Assembly: GCA_000165425.1 (NCBI GenBank)
Contig: CT868485.1
Span: 186,001 to 250,000 of the forward strand
DNA length: 64,000 bases
Origin: Paramecium tetraurelia
Taxonomy: Eukaryota
Direction: 5' to 3'
The notes under the pieces were generated by a model. The model was not told the DNA's origin. It ran no database searches and worked only from the letters and a program-made list of their open reading frames with translations. Positions 1 through 13,524 of this stretch are shown here, piece after piece; position 1 is the stretch's first letter; every line of letters starts with the position of its first letter. A program made the translations under genes and the position numbers.

Positions 1-3000
1 TTTTTTTTTTTTTTCTTCCTACTAATTCGATCTATTAATCATGATTTTTTATTTCTTTCGAATTTTACTTTTCTATTTCTTAACTCTTATTTTTCTGATT
101 GATTAGTTCTTTTTCTACTCCTAAAATGGTGTCAAAAAGTAACTTATATTTATCGTCGTCCTATTTATTAACAATAGTTTTAAAATTCTATTATAGATAT
201 TTAGCCATAATTTATGCTTCTTCCTTCTTTTCTGCAATTTCTTAATTATAAATTACAAGAAGTGCTTACTCCAGTGCATTCAACTATTAAAATAATTAGA
301 CTTATTCATATTTAGAAAGTGCTAAATGATCCTAAAGTAAAAAGCTATCTATAAATGATTTTTCTATTTTATTTTTAATGTGATTCAATATGACTGTTTC
401 AAAAAATCTGGCATCCTTCATAAAGAGAAACAAATTCAATTCATCACATTAATATTAATTATAGAATTTCTATTAAAACTGAGATGTTTCTTTATCCCAT
501 TTTAAGAGTTCTGATAGCATTTTCAAATCTTTCTCTTATATCTTTTATTTATTGATTCTCACTAACTCTTTCTGGATTTTAAATAATAAATTCAAGGAGT
601 CTATAATAAATATTTCTGTTGATGATATGTCTTAAATTTAAAATGGAGTCTAAGGGATGATTTCCTTTGTGCTCCTGAAGGTGGAATAAAACTTATTCTT
701 CTCCAGTAATGACTCATGACATAAATCTTTAATTTAAATTTCTTTGTTCTATAATGGTAATACCTTAATAACATAGTTATTATCTGTATAAACCAACATC
801 ACAATTGTAGAATAATGAACTGGAACTTCAAAAGAATAGTGATTCTTATCCTTATGGATATTTGTGATAACTCTGCCTGAAAATTTCAAGAAATCACAAA
901 ATGAATTAAAACTTTATTAATGATATTGCATAGGTCCTGATTTTCTATACGCCTTACTTGCCATCTATCTGGAATTGGTAGGTTTTAATAAATTTTGCTA
1001 AACTTATTTCAAATTTTCTTCTTAAGTTTCTGTACAATCAGTAAGAAATCGATTTAAAAGGATTTGAGGTTTCTCAAGTGTGTTGCCCAAATATTTTGGT
1101 TGATTTTTCCTTTCAATAATATATCCTAACTCATCCGATTATTTTAGGTTACACAAATATATGTTATTTTTGAATTCAATCTTAAGATCAAGGGGTTATT
1201 CATACTACTACATAAAACTTTGCATCTCTTTTTCTAAACTACTTAGATCAGGATAGAATGTCGTAGCTAATGCAATTATATGATATTCTTTATCATATAA
1301 TATATCACCCTATACCAACAGCTTTGTATCATTCAGTTAAGTCACAGTACTTTTTAAATTAATTTCTCTCAGATGTTCTTTTTATATCCTCTCATTTTAA
1401 GTATAAAGGTAGTCTTTACATTATTTTAAGGTATTATCAATGACTTTGAATTAAAATGAATATGCTTCTTCTAATAATCGAAGTAAAAATACTCCTTTCT
1501 AAGTGAATTCAATGGTTATTTCATTCTCTTCAAATTAAATCTAATTCCTAATATTGTTAATCGGAGTTATTTCAGACTACAAGTTTTTTATTTAATAGAG
1601 CAAAACATTTTCTAATTTAGTACGAAATGGTAAGGTCAATTTTTCTCCCAAATTAACCACTAATTCATAAGAGCTTTAGTAAGCAGAAAATAGTTTAAGT
1701 AGTTTCCATTCTTATTTTTAGATCTAATATTTCGTAGAAATGACAGTTGAATGTATTTTTTCTATTTATGGCAAAAACCCTAACTTGATTTATCCATTTT
1801 CATCAGTAATAAGATTTTCTTTGATTTATTCATTAATCAAAGAGTGAGTAAATAATACTTAAACCTAGACATTTTTGTATGGCTCGCCGTTCTTACCCAA
1901 TACAAATATTGAATAACCATCTGCATCATCAAATCTTAGCAATTGTTTTATAAATATTTATTATTTTATATCTTATTCCATTTTTATGTTACATGTTTAT
2001 TATAATTCTAAATCGTCTTTTTTGTGTAATTATTTTATTTTCCCTGTTACATCTACTTAGATACTGAGTAGTTTTTAATTAACAGGGAATTTCAATTCTA
2101 AAGGAACTTAAGACTCAAAGTTAATGTCTCTGAAGTTGAAGGTTTAAGGAACACCTTTCTCATTCTAACAAGATATTTAGACATTAGCATCCTTTAATAT
2201 TTCAAATCCTATGTTTGTTCCATTCAAAGTCAATTTAGGGATAATAATTACTGAGACATCAGAGCCTAATTGAATTTACTCATCCCCCAAAATGAAACTG
2301 CAAATTAATCTAAAAGATTCAGGTTATAACAAGAGATTCTCCTTTTAATAGAAATCTCCATATTGAATAATGGCTGAATATTTGGTTTCCTCCTTTGGGA
2401 ATGGAACTACGATTTCTCCCTTAACCAAACTATAAAAGGTCTCTTCAATCCATAACCCAATTTTATCATCAAGCAATTTCTCAAATTTTTCATCAAATAT
2501 CTCATATTTATATCCAGCAGTTACTATTGTCTACTTCAAACATAATCTTCCCTTCTCAATTATTGCTCTACAAGATAGTCCATTACCTATAAATTCGATA
2601 ATAAAGGTTCCTCTTTCAGTCTTTTAAATTGATTCAAACGCAAACTCTTTAATTACTTTCTTAATAGGAGGACAATCATAAGTAAAATTTATCTCCTCTG
2701 TAGGAATAAAACCATCTAAACATATATTTGTACTTAATTATTCGGTCTTAGCCATATAAAAATTTTTCATGTTAATTTGAAATATTTTAATCGTCAAACT
2801 TTAGATGTTCTTTAATTCGACATATAAGTTGACAGGTTCCCCATGAATAAAATATGGCTTATTGTTATCACATAAGTATAAGACCTTAGTATTGTTCATC
2901 AATTTAATTTCATTATTAGTAAAATAATTGTTCAAATCTTGAGCTTCCTCTCCTTTATACAGGCGACTGATGGCTTTTTGTTTCTTTAAATAATGAGATT

Positions 3001-4393
3001 CCAAGTATTGCTCAAAAATACTAAAATCTGAATTTTATTCAAAGTACTTTTATAAATACTTTTCAATTAATTAATTAGTATTCATATCTACATATAATCT
3101 CTAATAATTACATCTGCAAATATTAAATCCATGCCATTCCTGCCAATTAATTGAAAAGTCATTTCTGATTTTACTTTGCACATCCCTATGTGATTTTGTA
3201 ATATTTTGATAGATTTCTATTGGATTTTTTAGAAAATCCAAAAATAAATCAAAGTCATAATGTTAAATTTCAATACCTATGATATATAATCAATATTTAC
3301 CATATTAAAGTAATTCCCTTAAAACTATTTACTTAAGAGAATTAAACCTTTCTAATAAAGATTTTGTCCAAATATATGCCTTGTTCAAATTTGATAAAAT
3401 TTCTTCTTTTTAAACTAAAAGATATTCAGAATTCTCGTCCTATTTTTTATTCTTTCCAAATTTCTTGAAATATAGATTTCCCACAAAAATGGTATATTCT
3501 AAAAATTTCTTATTTAATTTTCCTAACTCCTCCATTTACTCAATAGTTAAGATGTTGAAGCAAGAATTTGTAAATTTAAAGTCTTTTTTTCCAACCAATT
3601 GATTAAAAAATTAAGGAATATTATCATTTAAAATTACCCTTTAACTGCTATGGTTTAATTTATTAAAGAAAATATCAATAACTTTATTAGGAGCCTTAAT
3701 TAATTCTAAAAGATTTAATTATTGGAGTAAGCCAGCAGATAATTTGCTGATTCCCTTTTCTGTATAAGCATCCTTCAGATAATCATCCATTGCTAATTTG
3801 TTATTATCAAATTGAGAAACTAATTCTTTGGTCTATAAGTTAGTATTAAATGCATTTTATTACTAAATTTATAATTATAATTACTTTGGTAGATGTATCT
3901 TAGGATAAATCATCAAAATTGATTTTAAATAATCTCTTATTGATTTTGTATAAAATTTTTCTTTTTCTTTTGGTTGTTTCCTCTGTTTCCATGGATTCAT
4001 TCATCAGATTATCATACTCAACAAATAATCTTCTTAAGCATATTTTCTTATAATTTTTGGTTTTCATTCCTTTATAAGTTGAAAAATGCTCCTACTGTAT
4101 CGAATCAAGTTGATATCCTTTCTAATTCAAGATATTTAGAAAGTATTGATAATAGTATTGATCTGATCCTTTTATTAATTTTGATAATCCGTCATCCTTT
4201 GAAATCAATACTGATTATTCTAACTGAGTAAAATCAAAATCAGTAGTATCTTAATTAGGATTAGAATCAGAGTCTGAGTCTGAGTCGGAATAATTTTCCT
4301 CTTTCATTTTTATTTTATTTTTATTATTTTGAGCAAATTTTTACATAGTTTTCAATACTTAAATATCCCCGCTAAAAGAAAATACCAATTCAT
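1..4393 (-). CDS. Large uncharacterised protein (>1460 aa, runs off the left edge); resembles a patchily distributed ~2000-aa family with macroglobulin-like beta domains
   Basis: Long code-6 frame from ATG 4393 (alternative starts near 4345 and 4307). Motifs: LSKLIKGSDQYYYQYF; LYVELKNIQSLTIKIFQIN; NICLDGFIP; GTFIIEFIGNGLSCRAIIEKGRL; SDELGYIIERKNQPKYLGNTLEKPQILL. Family call is from memory. Confidence 0.75.
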
Positions 4394-4716
4394 TTAAACA
4401 TGATTACGGAATCTTTATTATTAGAATTATCCAAAGAGACTTTCGTTTATTTTTTAGTGGAAGTATAAATTAATAATAAAATTTATAACAGATATAAAGT
4501 TTAAATTTGCTTCTACTATTAAAAATATAAGATTCCAAGAGATATGATAAGCGCTTTAATCTAAAATAGGAATCTATATGTTATTTTAAAGATTTATATC
4601 ATCTTTCCAAGTATCTTAAATTTTCATACTAACCATGATTATTATATATATTTTAAACCAAATGCTTTATCAATATATATGAAAATAATTAAATACTATT
4701 AATATTTTAATGTACA

Positions 4717-6761
4717 TCAATTTATAATTTCATCATATAATTACTAAATAATTTGTTGATAATGTTTCTTAGCCATGTGCCTTTGCATTTTCAAGTTATC
4801 TGTCAATATTCCTACTTGTTAGAATGGTTTTGATTCAAGATATATATTTTTTACTTGTTCATATCCATTCAATTATTCTTTTGATCCCTAAAATAACATA
4901 TTCTTTTACTTATTCGTTTAATTAAGACAAGACGTAATTCTTTATTTCTTTATTGGCACATAAGGTAGGATAATCACCTTCAATTTTCAATTAATCTGCG
5001 AACTATTTTAGAACAGTTGGATCAACTACCACAACCCCAACACAATAGTTCTACAATGAATCCCCGAAAACAACGATTTCCAATATCCCTTTCAATCTCA
5101 AATAACGATTTTCTACTTTCTCTGGAGCAACATATTCGCCTTATGATAATTTAAATAAATTTTTTTTCCTATCTATAAGTCTTAAGGTCCCATCAACTAT
5201 TTAACCTATATCCCCTGTATGTACCCATCCTTCATTATCAATTAACTCTTTTGTTTGTTCTGGATCTCTAAAGTATCCTTTGCTAATGCTTGGTCCCCTA
5301 ATGCAAATCTCCCCTCTAATTAAACCGTCAACATTTTTATCTGTGACATACCCAATTTCTGGTATGCTAACCAATTTGAATTCTTAAGATATTGTGGGAC
5401 CCCCTACGTGACCACAACTAGGATCAAAGATATCTGTTCTAAAGGATCCTCCCATTGTTTCTGTTTAGCCATATATTTCTATAATTTAACAGCACAAAGT
5501 CATTTTTAAGAAGTTTATTACTTTAGTTGATATAGGAGCAGCTCCAGTGAGTATAACTCTTTGTCTTCCACCAAAGATAGCTCTTGTTTTTACAAATGCA
5601 GCATCTAATTATTCGTGAACTGGTATTCCAGTTTGCTAAAAGTACTTTAATTTCATTTCAAAGGCTTGTTCAAATTTGTCCTTTGCATCTTCAGGTAATG
5701 AATTAACGACATTTTAAATTGCCTCATAAAATCTATTGAAAACTCTTGGCACTCCACCAAAGTAAGTTGGTTTACATCTTTAAATGTCTCTAGCTAGGTT
5801 TTGTGCATTTCCACTATAGTAGTTTATTTCAGCAGATGCTAATAATGATCCCAAATGAAGAACCCTTTCAAATAAGTGGGGTAGAGGCAGGTATGACAAA
5901 TAAACATCATTTTCATTAAGTTTCTAATTGGGAGGATAGTCAAAAACATGCAACATCTGTTAAAAATTGTACTAAGTTTAGAGAGTTGCTTTGGATTGTC
6001 CAGTGGTTCCACTTGTAAATACTAGAGTCATTGAAACATCTGGCTATAAATTGGGATATGGAATGATGGCAGTTTTGCCTTTTTCCACAACTTAATTCCA
6101 CGTTACAATCTCCTTCCCTTATGCTCTTAACTTGTCCAAATCTTCTTCTTGGAAGCCTTCACCTACAATAACAATAGTTTTTAGATGGGCTTGGTTCACA
6201 TCTACTAGGACTTTTATCGTACTTGATTAGACAAAGCAGATACTAATTTCATAATTATTTGCATACCTCACTTAAGTTTACTCCAAAGAATATTTCATAC
6301 TATTATATCCTAAGGTATCATAAAATGGACAGGATGTAAATCCATAAAGGATGCAAGCAATATCCAAAATGGACCATTCCCTTCTGTTGGACATATATAT
6401 TCCGACAGGCTTAATTACGAGCCCCTGCTCATCTTTGACTTCAACTATGGAATTTCTTGAATACAGTTCAGAGCCGATTTGAGTAGCAGTATCGAATATT
6501 TCCTAATTATTTTAAGAAAATATACTTTATATGTTATTTAGTCATATTATTATGATTCCTCATTGTAATAGCCGAGAGACTTCTTATCTGGAAATCTCTA
6601 TAGCTTCTCAATAAATTCTTGCTAGAAGGTACATTTAGATTGAGGGAAGCCATCCTATAATATATATTTGAAAATACCTTCGATTAGGGATGCCTATAGA
6701 TTGGGGTTTCATTTTCCTTTCCTTCAGATACTTTACAAAGATATTCTCTAACTTAGTTCAT
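4717..6761 (-). CDS. Long-chain fatty acyl-CoA ligase (AMP-binding family, ACSL/LACS type)
   Basis: MNQVREY start. Motifs [72 protein letters not shown]. Several ~22-25 nt introns. Confidence 0.95.
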
Positions 6762-7441
6762 TGATTATCAATATTTAAATTATTGTAATCTTCGCAATTG
6801 TTTTGAAAATATCTTTTAATTATTATCATTTAATTATAATGAGATTTTTATATAGATTTTTGATATTTATTTAATATTAAACCAGCAATAGATGTGCTAT
6901 ATTTGCAGGCTTATTATTTTAATATTATTAACCATAATTAATTGTAAGTAAGATTTTAAAATAATATTTCATTTTGTTTTCAGTTACAAGTTGAAGCAAT
7001 TTCATTTTTCAGGAGTCAAGAGGGACTTTAACTTCATCGTAAAGTAAGGTTTTACCCTATATAATTTAAAAGAATGAAAGAATATTTTGATTCACCATTA
7101 TTAATCTATTAATTTTCAATTTCATAGTAAGCCTACCTTATTGATTAATAATTGAAATATATAGGGTTTTTTAATGAGGAGTATTAAATGAATACTCATT
7201 TTAACAATTTCTATTAGAATTGAAAACAAACTAATTAAATTTAATTATTACATAGTAACTCATTTGAAGTAGTATATTAATTATAGTACTCTGATAGAAA
7301 TGGATTAAGATTTCAATGGTTGGATTGAAATTAATAAATGGTTTAAAATGATGAATTCGAGAAATAATTAAAGTATAAACTTCTGTTAATTCATAAATAT
7401 TTATTCGTTTTGGTAATAAATATAATATTAAATAATCTATA

Positions 7442-9971
7442 ATGAGCTTGTTTAGATCAGAGTAGATGGAATTCTATAATTTAGTGATTCCAAGAGAGTC
7501 GGCATGGGATGTAATGAACACATTAGGATATTTTGATAGCGTTCACATAATTGATTATGATCCGACTTTACCTTAAATAAATAGGCCATTTTCAAATTAT
7601 GTGAAGAGGTATTTCATTTAGAGATTAAAGATGTGATGATGTGATGCAGAAGATTGAGTAGATAGATGGTGAGATGAGAAATTTCAAGATTGAAAAGAGA
7701 TATTCTCCCGATGTGATTGATTTATTGAAGAAGAGAAATGGAACTCATAAATAATTTGAAGAATTGGAATAGGATATATGTAAAGTGGCAGATGATTTGG
7801 AACATCAATAACAAACAATGAATAGTTTATAAGAGAAGAAAAACACAATAAGGGAGAATTTGGAAGTGTTAAGAAATGCAGTGGCATTTTAGAATGAGGA
7901 TTCAGAGGAGGCTAGTTTGTTGGGATTTCAGAAGATGGTTGGAGTTATATTGAAGGAAGATGAAATGAGATTCAAAAGGATAATCTTTAGAATAACAAAG
8001 GGCAACATTCACGTTGATATTATGGACATCCAAGAGCATTTCATATAATAGGATAGGAGGATAGTATAGAAGTGTGTGTTTATGCTCATTTATCCAAATG
8101 GAGACTTGACTTAGAAGAAAATCTAGAGAGTGATTGAGTCTTTTTCATGCAATAAATTCGATATCCCAACATCCAGTGATTAACATGCTTAGAGAATTAC
8201 AATGTTGGAGAATCAATTGAATGAGGCAGATCAATTGTTGCATTTGACTATTACTCAGATTAATAAAAGGTTGCAGGATTTGGCAGAAGTGAAATACAAT
8301 TGCTCTTGGATTGAGGAGATGAGGATCTTGGTAACCAAAGAGAAGTATTTGTACATGAATTTGAATATGTTGAATATGACTAACTCCGTATTTCATGGTC
8401 AGATATGGTTACCATAAGGTTAGGATTAAAAAATTTAATAGGCTCTACGAAACTTGCATGGTAATGATAAATAATTACCTAGTGGTTAAATCTAGGAATG
8501 TTAAACTCAATTAACTCCTCCTACATATTATAAATTAAATTCATTTACATATCCCTTTTAGGAAATTGTCAATACTTATGGTATACCCAGATACAAGGAA
8601 ATCAATCCAGGTTTGTCTACTATCATAACATTCCCATTTCTAGTCGGTGTGATGTTTGGTGATATTGGTCATGGGTATAATATATTAAATTATTAAGAGT
8701 TTGTTATTGTTTGTTTGTGGATTGTATCTCACAACTGAAGATGCAAGGAAATCAATCTTCTCTGGAATAGTCCCCATGAGATATATGATACTCCTCATTG
8801 GATTCTTTGCTTGTTACAATGGACTCATTTACAACGATTTTCTATCCATAGGCTTAAACTTATTTGGAAGTTGTTACAATTTGGTAGATGGTGAATATGA
8901 ACTCCAAGAAGATTGTGTCTATAAATTTGGAATAGATCCTGCATGGGGTTCTTCAGCCAATCAATTGACTTTCATGAATTCATTCAAAATGAAGTTGGCA
9001 GTCATCATCGGAGTCACTCACATGACTTTCGGTATCATTTTGAAAGGATTCAACACTCTACACTTCAAAAGCTATATGGATTTCTTTTGTGAATTCATTC
9101 CATAATTCCTTTTATTACTCTGTAGTTTTGGCTACATGGATTTCTTATTGTTTTTGAAATGGTCTACCAAATTCGAAGATACTAAAGATGCTCCTAGTGT
9201 TATTACAACTATGATTGACATGGTGTTACGACCTTTTGATGTCCCTGAAAAACCATTGTTCGAATCTGGAGAGCAATAGAGATTCATTTAACTACTGTTA
9301 TTAACCATCATAACCTTCTGTATTCCTGTCATGTTGATTACAAAACCACTTCTTTTTAGTCTAAAAAAGAAGAATCCTCATCAATATCAATAAATACCCT
9401 CTTACGTACCTGATGAAGATCCCAACCCAGAATAATTACAAAATGATATGCAAAAGGAGTAGTCATAACCACATAGTAAAGTGTCTGTTTAATAACATAA
9501 CGAACATGACGATATTGGTGAATTAATAGTCCATCAATGTATAAATTTATTCTAATTATTAATAGCCATTGAAACTATCGAATTTGTTTTGGGAAGTGTT
9601 AGTAACACAGCTTCGTATTTAAGATTATGGGCACTATCCTTAGCTCATTCACAATTGGCCGAAGTCTTCTTCTCTATGACCATAGCCAGTCATATTGGTG
9701 ATGGAGGATTCTTTGGAACCTTAGGAGTATTCATTTACATTTACATTCTAGTCAATCGTACAATTCCCAGGATTTGCTCTGGCCACTTTTGGAGTCCTGA
9801 TGTGTATGGATCTTATGGAATGTTTCTTACATGCCCTTCGATTGCAATGGTATCTAATTTAATCACTATCCATTTAGGGTTGAATTCTAAAGCAAATTTT
9901 ACAAAGCCGATGGATATTTGTTTAAAGCATATTCATTCACAAATATTAAAAGTAATGAATAAGATGATTGA
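7442..9971 (+). CDS. V-type H+-ATPase V0 subunit a
   Basis: MSLFRSEQM start; [73 protein letters not shown] (essential Arg), [13 protein letters not shown]. Several tiny introns. Confidence 0.97.
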
Positions 9972-9995
9972 TGTCTAAATATCATAACATATAAA

Positions 9996-10850
9996 TCAAA
10001 TCAAAATCATCAATATTAACATTGGTATCAAGTATGTATAGATTGGCCAATTCCACTTCTCAAACAACCCAATCCTCTCTCTTTTGTAAGCTATCATAGC
10101 TCCATATTCTAGAGCATATTTCATAGGTCCTGTGAATGTAAACTTGGCAATATGAGCATGTTCCCACACTTTTTAGTGTTTCTAGATAAGATATAAAAAT
10201 GAAATCGTCAAAAAAAATGTGAATCCATACAACACCTCATCAAATCCAATGTCCAAAGCTGCAGTTTCGGCCTACTTAAAATACTTAGCTATTGATCGAG
10301 GTCCAAAATAATGTTGACTCTTTTTTGTTTTATATTGTGGATCATCAAAATAACTAAGCTTAACCCACTTTGCTTGTTGTACTTCGTTTTCAGACAATCT
10401 CATGTGATCAGTCGTTTTCTCAGGATCATTGATCGCTATTACGAAAGCACTGCAATATAGAGATTTATTATTTTTCAATTTCTTCATATAAGCATTCTTT
10501 GAAAGTCGACATACATAATAGCATTCCAATCCATTTAGATTAATTCCTACTTCTTCATGTACTTCCCTTATTGCAGCTTACAAGTCTGTTTCATCATTGT
10601 CGCATTTACCTCCTGGGAAAGCAATTTCACCACTATATTAATCTCTTTTTGAGTTTTATCTTTAAATATAAAGTATTTCAATATCTTTCTGTTCTTGAAA
10701 TTTGGTGGATTGGGGATTGTTGATATTCAGTTAGGAGTATCCTTATTATGGTTTAAATTACCCTCTTAAGAGTATACAAACCGCAGATTGAGCAGTAGTT
10801 TAAGTATTTGTATAGGGTTTATACTACGAGGGTGGAATTAAATTAAGCAT
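9996..10850 (-). CDS. Nudix hydrolase, CoA-diphosphatase (NUDT7/PCD1-like), with C-terminal hydrophobic anchor
   Basis: SGEIAFPGGKCDNDETDLQAAIREVHEEVGI contains the Nudix box preceded by the CoA-diphosphatase-type motif; ends YTYLIPMLILMILI*. Confidence 0.88.
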
Positions 10851-10901
10851 ATGATAATTATTAATATACAATCTTTAGCATAAAATAATAAAAATGGTTT
10901 G

Positions 10902-11285
10902 TCACTAGATTAATATGATATTTTGTATATGTTCTCCAGGTATGGCAACACTGCCAACATAATATTTGTCTTTCATAAATAGATCATTGAATGCTTTTGC
11001 TTCATCAACCTTTTATTGCAATTCTTATTTTGTCTCTTCAGTTGCTTTATTGTAATTATTGTACGCTTCTCTAAGAGATTCGTCATTTGTAAAATATTTG
11101 GCTAAGTATTAGGGATTGTAATCAAATTCAATATCGAGTTCCAAGGGTGATGGGTGAGTAGCAACAGAATGTTGGAGTATGATAGAAAAAGGCGAGGAGA
11201 TACTTGACAGCACTCCATAGAGGACTCTGTTGTCTGAACAAACCACTTTGACACTTTTATTCAAGTATTAAGATTGATCACTCAT
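10902..11285 (-). CDS. Sm/LSm-fold protein, NAA38/Mak31-like, with long insertion
   Basis: 127-aa intronless frame. Sm1-like YLNKSVKVVCSDNRVLYGVL and Sm2-like YVGSVAIPGEHIQNI. Confidence 0.65.
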
Positions 11286-11308
11286 TTAATTAATTTAATA
11301 TTCAAATG

Positions 11309-12000
11309 TCACTTATCTTCATCTGATGAGTTGTCATCATTGCTACCCTTTCTTACCTTGATCATACCATATCTTAAAAGACTATAAAATAATTTCTTTT
11401 ATAATTTACATATGTGCTAATGTACCAGTTTCAAAAGTGTCCTTCCCTCCCATCTCTTCGAAACCTACGATTCTATTTTTTAAGACTCCATTCACAAATA
11501 AGCATACTGTAGGTAGAACTTGAATTTGTAGTTTGCCCACAAAAAAGGGTGACTTTTCTGCATTCAAACAATAGAATTTGGTCTCAGGATGCCTATCAAA
11601 GTCACAAAATCAATTACTATTATGATATTGCCTAGAGATGTTTGTCCATAATTTTGCATCTTTCGAAATCACGATGAAAGAAATGAACAACACTGAATTC
11701 AGATTTAGTAACAGATGGCAAGAATTCCTCTTCAACGATTTCTCTATATTCTCCAAATCCCTTATTCTTTTTAAGCATGGCCTCTTGCAATTCCTTAGCT
11801 CTTTGTTCCCTCATCTTCTTCAACATTTCTTTCAAATCCTCATCATCACAATCATCCTCGTCTTCTTCCTCATATTGTCGTCTTGCTGCTCTCCTTCTCT
11901 CTTCTTCCTATTGTTTAGCCTACTATTCTTTCATCTTGTCTTTCAAGGCCTTCTCCATTACAGATTCGACCAACATATTACCCATCAATGAATTACTCAT
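11309..12000 (-). CDS. Phosducin-like protein 3 / TXNDC9-like thioredoxin-fold protein
   Basis: GFGEYREI, VVHFFHRDFERCKIMDKHL, HPETKFYCLNAEKSPFFVGKLQIQVLPT, RIVGFEEMGG; two tiny introns. Confidence 0.9.
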
Positions 12001-12074
12001 TTTATTTAAATTTTAAATTAATGTCAATCAAACAAAAAATTGTTTTTTATATTTACATAAAAGAAATATCTCAC

Positions 12075-12438
12075 TCATTCCTCATCCTCATCTTTTACTT
12101 TGTGTTTTTACATGTATAATCTAACCAATTGCTTGGTTTTTAACAATCTCGTTTATGCAATCTTGATGGTAGGTTTCGATGGATTGAATTTTTGATGATG
12201 AGATCTATTCATTTATTTAAAAATCTCACCTACACTAACTAGGAGTTCTTGTTCCTATTATTTAACTCATCTTTTTGAATAATCTTTGACCCTTGCTATG
12301 ATTCGCATTCTCTAGCAAAAAACGAAGATATGATTCGTGTTCTTCCTAATTCCAATGGCCTGCTTTCTTTTAAATCTTTTTGGAACTCTCCTGCAAATCG
12401 CTTTAAGATTTTGTTACTTCTGATTCGTTCAATGGCAT
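12075..12438 (-). CDS. Small Myb-like (SHAQKYF-class) DNA-binding protein
   Basis: GHWNQEEHESYLRFL...FKKMSQIIGTRTPSQCR|SHHQKF with one 25-nt intron. An upstream in-frame ATG at 12495 is an alternative start. Confidence 0.8.
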
Positions 12439-12882
12439 TACTTAGATATTTAAGTAAGATATATATTCCAAGATTTTATTAGTATTCTGAATCATTCAAT
12501 ATCATAAATCTGTTTATTCAAATCTACATTTTCATCTTCTCCACATCCATCTTCTTTACTGATTTCCCCTCTCCTCAATTCCACCTTTGGCTCTCCTTTC
12601 AATTAAACTTCTTGGAATTTCCCAAATTTCTAATTAAGAATTTCTTATCATTCAAATTATCTTTTTATATAATACAATAAACGTATAATAGTATTTGTTT
12701 TCGAATTATTATCTCATTAATAGGAGATAATCGAAGCTAGAATACTATCCATTTTACTCTTAATTTAAGAGAGAAGGTAATTGAGATTATTGCCTCAATT
12801 ATTTTATTTATACTCTCAAATTAATTTAATTTATCTTTTTATATTTAATATAATACACCTTATATACAAAATATAAACAGAA

Positions 12883-13524
12883 TCAATTCTAATCAATCGG
12901 TCCTCCAAAGAAATGCAGTACAATATCATTGCTCTAGGATCTAAACAATATAGAACTCTAGGTAAATTTAAAAGGATTCTTTTATGCTTTGTAATTCTCC
13001 TTTAAAACCCATCCCAAGAAGCATAACATTACTGTCTCAATAGTTATAAATAGAAAAAATATTGTAATCTTAAGTAACTTGAAGCTTTCTTCCTCAATTC
13101 TATTCTTAAAATAAAAACAATCTTGGTTAAAATGGAAAAAAAAAAAGTAGATTTATACTCCAACATGATAGAGACTTAAAACAAATATTATCGCTACAAA
13201 AGTTTGATAGATAATAAGTTAACATATTAAAGCCCTTAATCTTGTTTGCTATTGAAACTTCTTAACAATTTTTTTTTACTAAATTGCTATCTCCATTAAG
13301 ACAATCGCAAAAACTCCTAAATACATTACTAAATCAATGTATAAATATATTTATTTATCATCTTTAAAAAAACATCTTCCATTGATTGATGATTCAAGTG
13401 TTACAAAAGTGATCATAGCAATTAAAAAGAAAATCATATTCCTTCTTCTCTTCTTTCTCTTCTCGATATTCTTTGACAAAAACAGTAATCTATCTATGTC
13501 ACTGCCCTCCTCATGAATTTACAT
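12883..13524 (-). CDS. Uncharacterised multi-pass membrane protein (~4 TM, 213 aa)
   Basis: Continuous code-6 frame MQIHEEGSD...GGPIDQN* with four hydrophobic stretches. Confidence 0.65.

Noticed and set aside
1..14. Poly-T run at the window start as a possible terminator or poly(A) remnant
   Set aside because: It reads as Lys codons within the minus-strand CDS.
3974..4231. Plus-strand ORF-track entry, and similar ones such as 11638-11991, 14888-15338, 18324-18626, 31320-31517 and 58189-58641
   Set aside because: These are antisense or off-frame shadows of real code-6 genes, with no recognisable motifs.
12492..12716. Purine-rich minus-strand segment reading EVQLKGEPKVELRRGEISKEDG...IYDIE*
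   Set aside because: I could not link it to a start codon by any credible intron; it may be a gene remnant.
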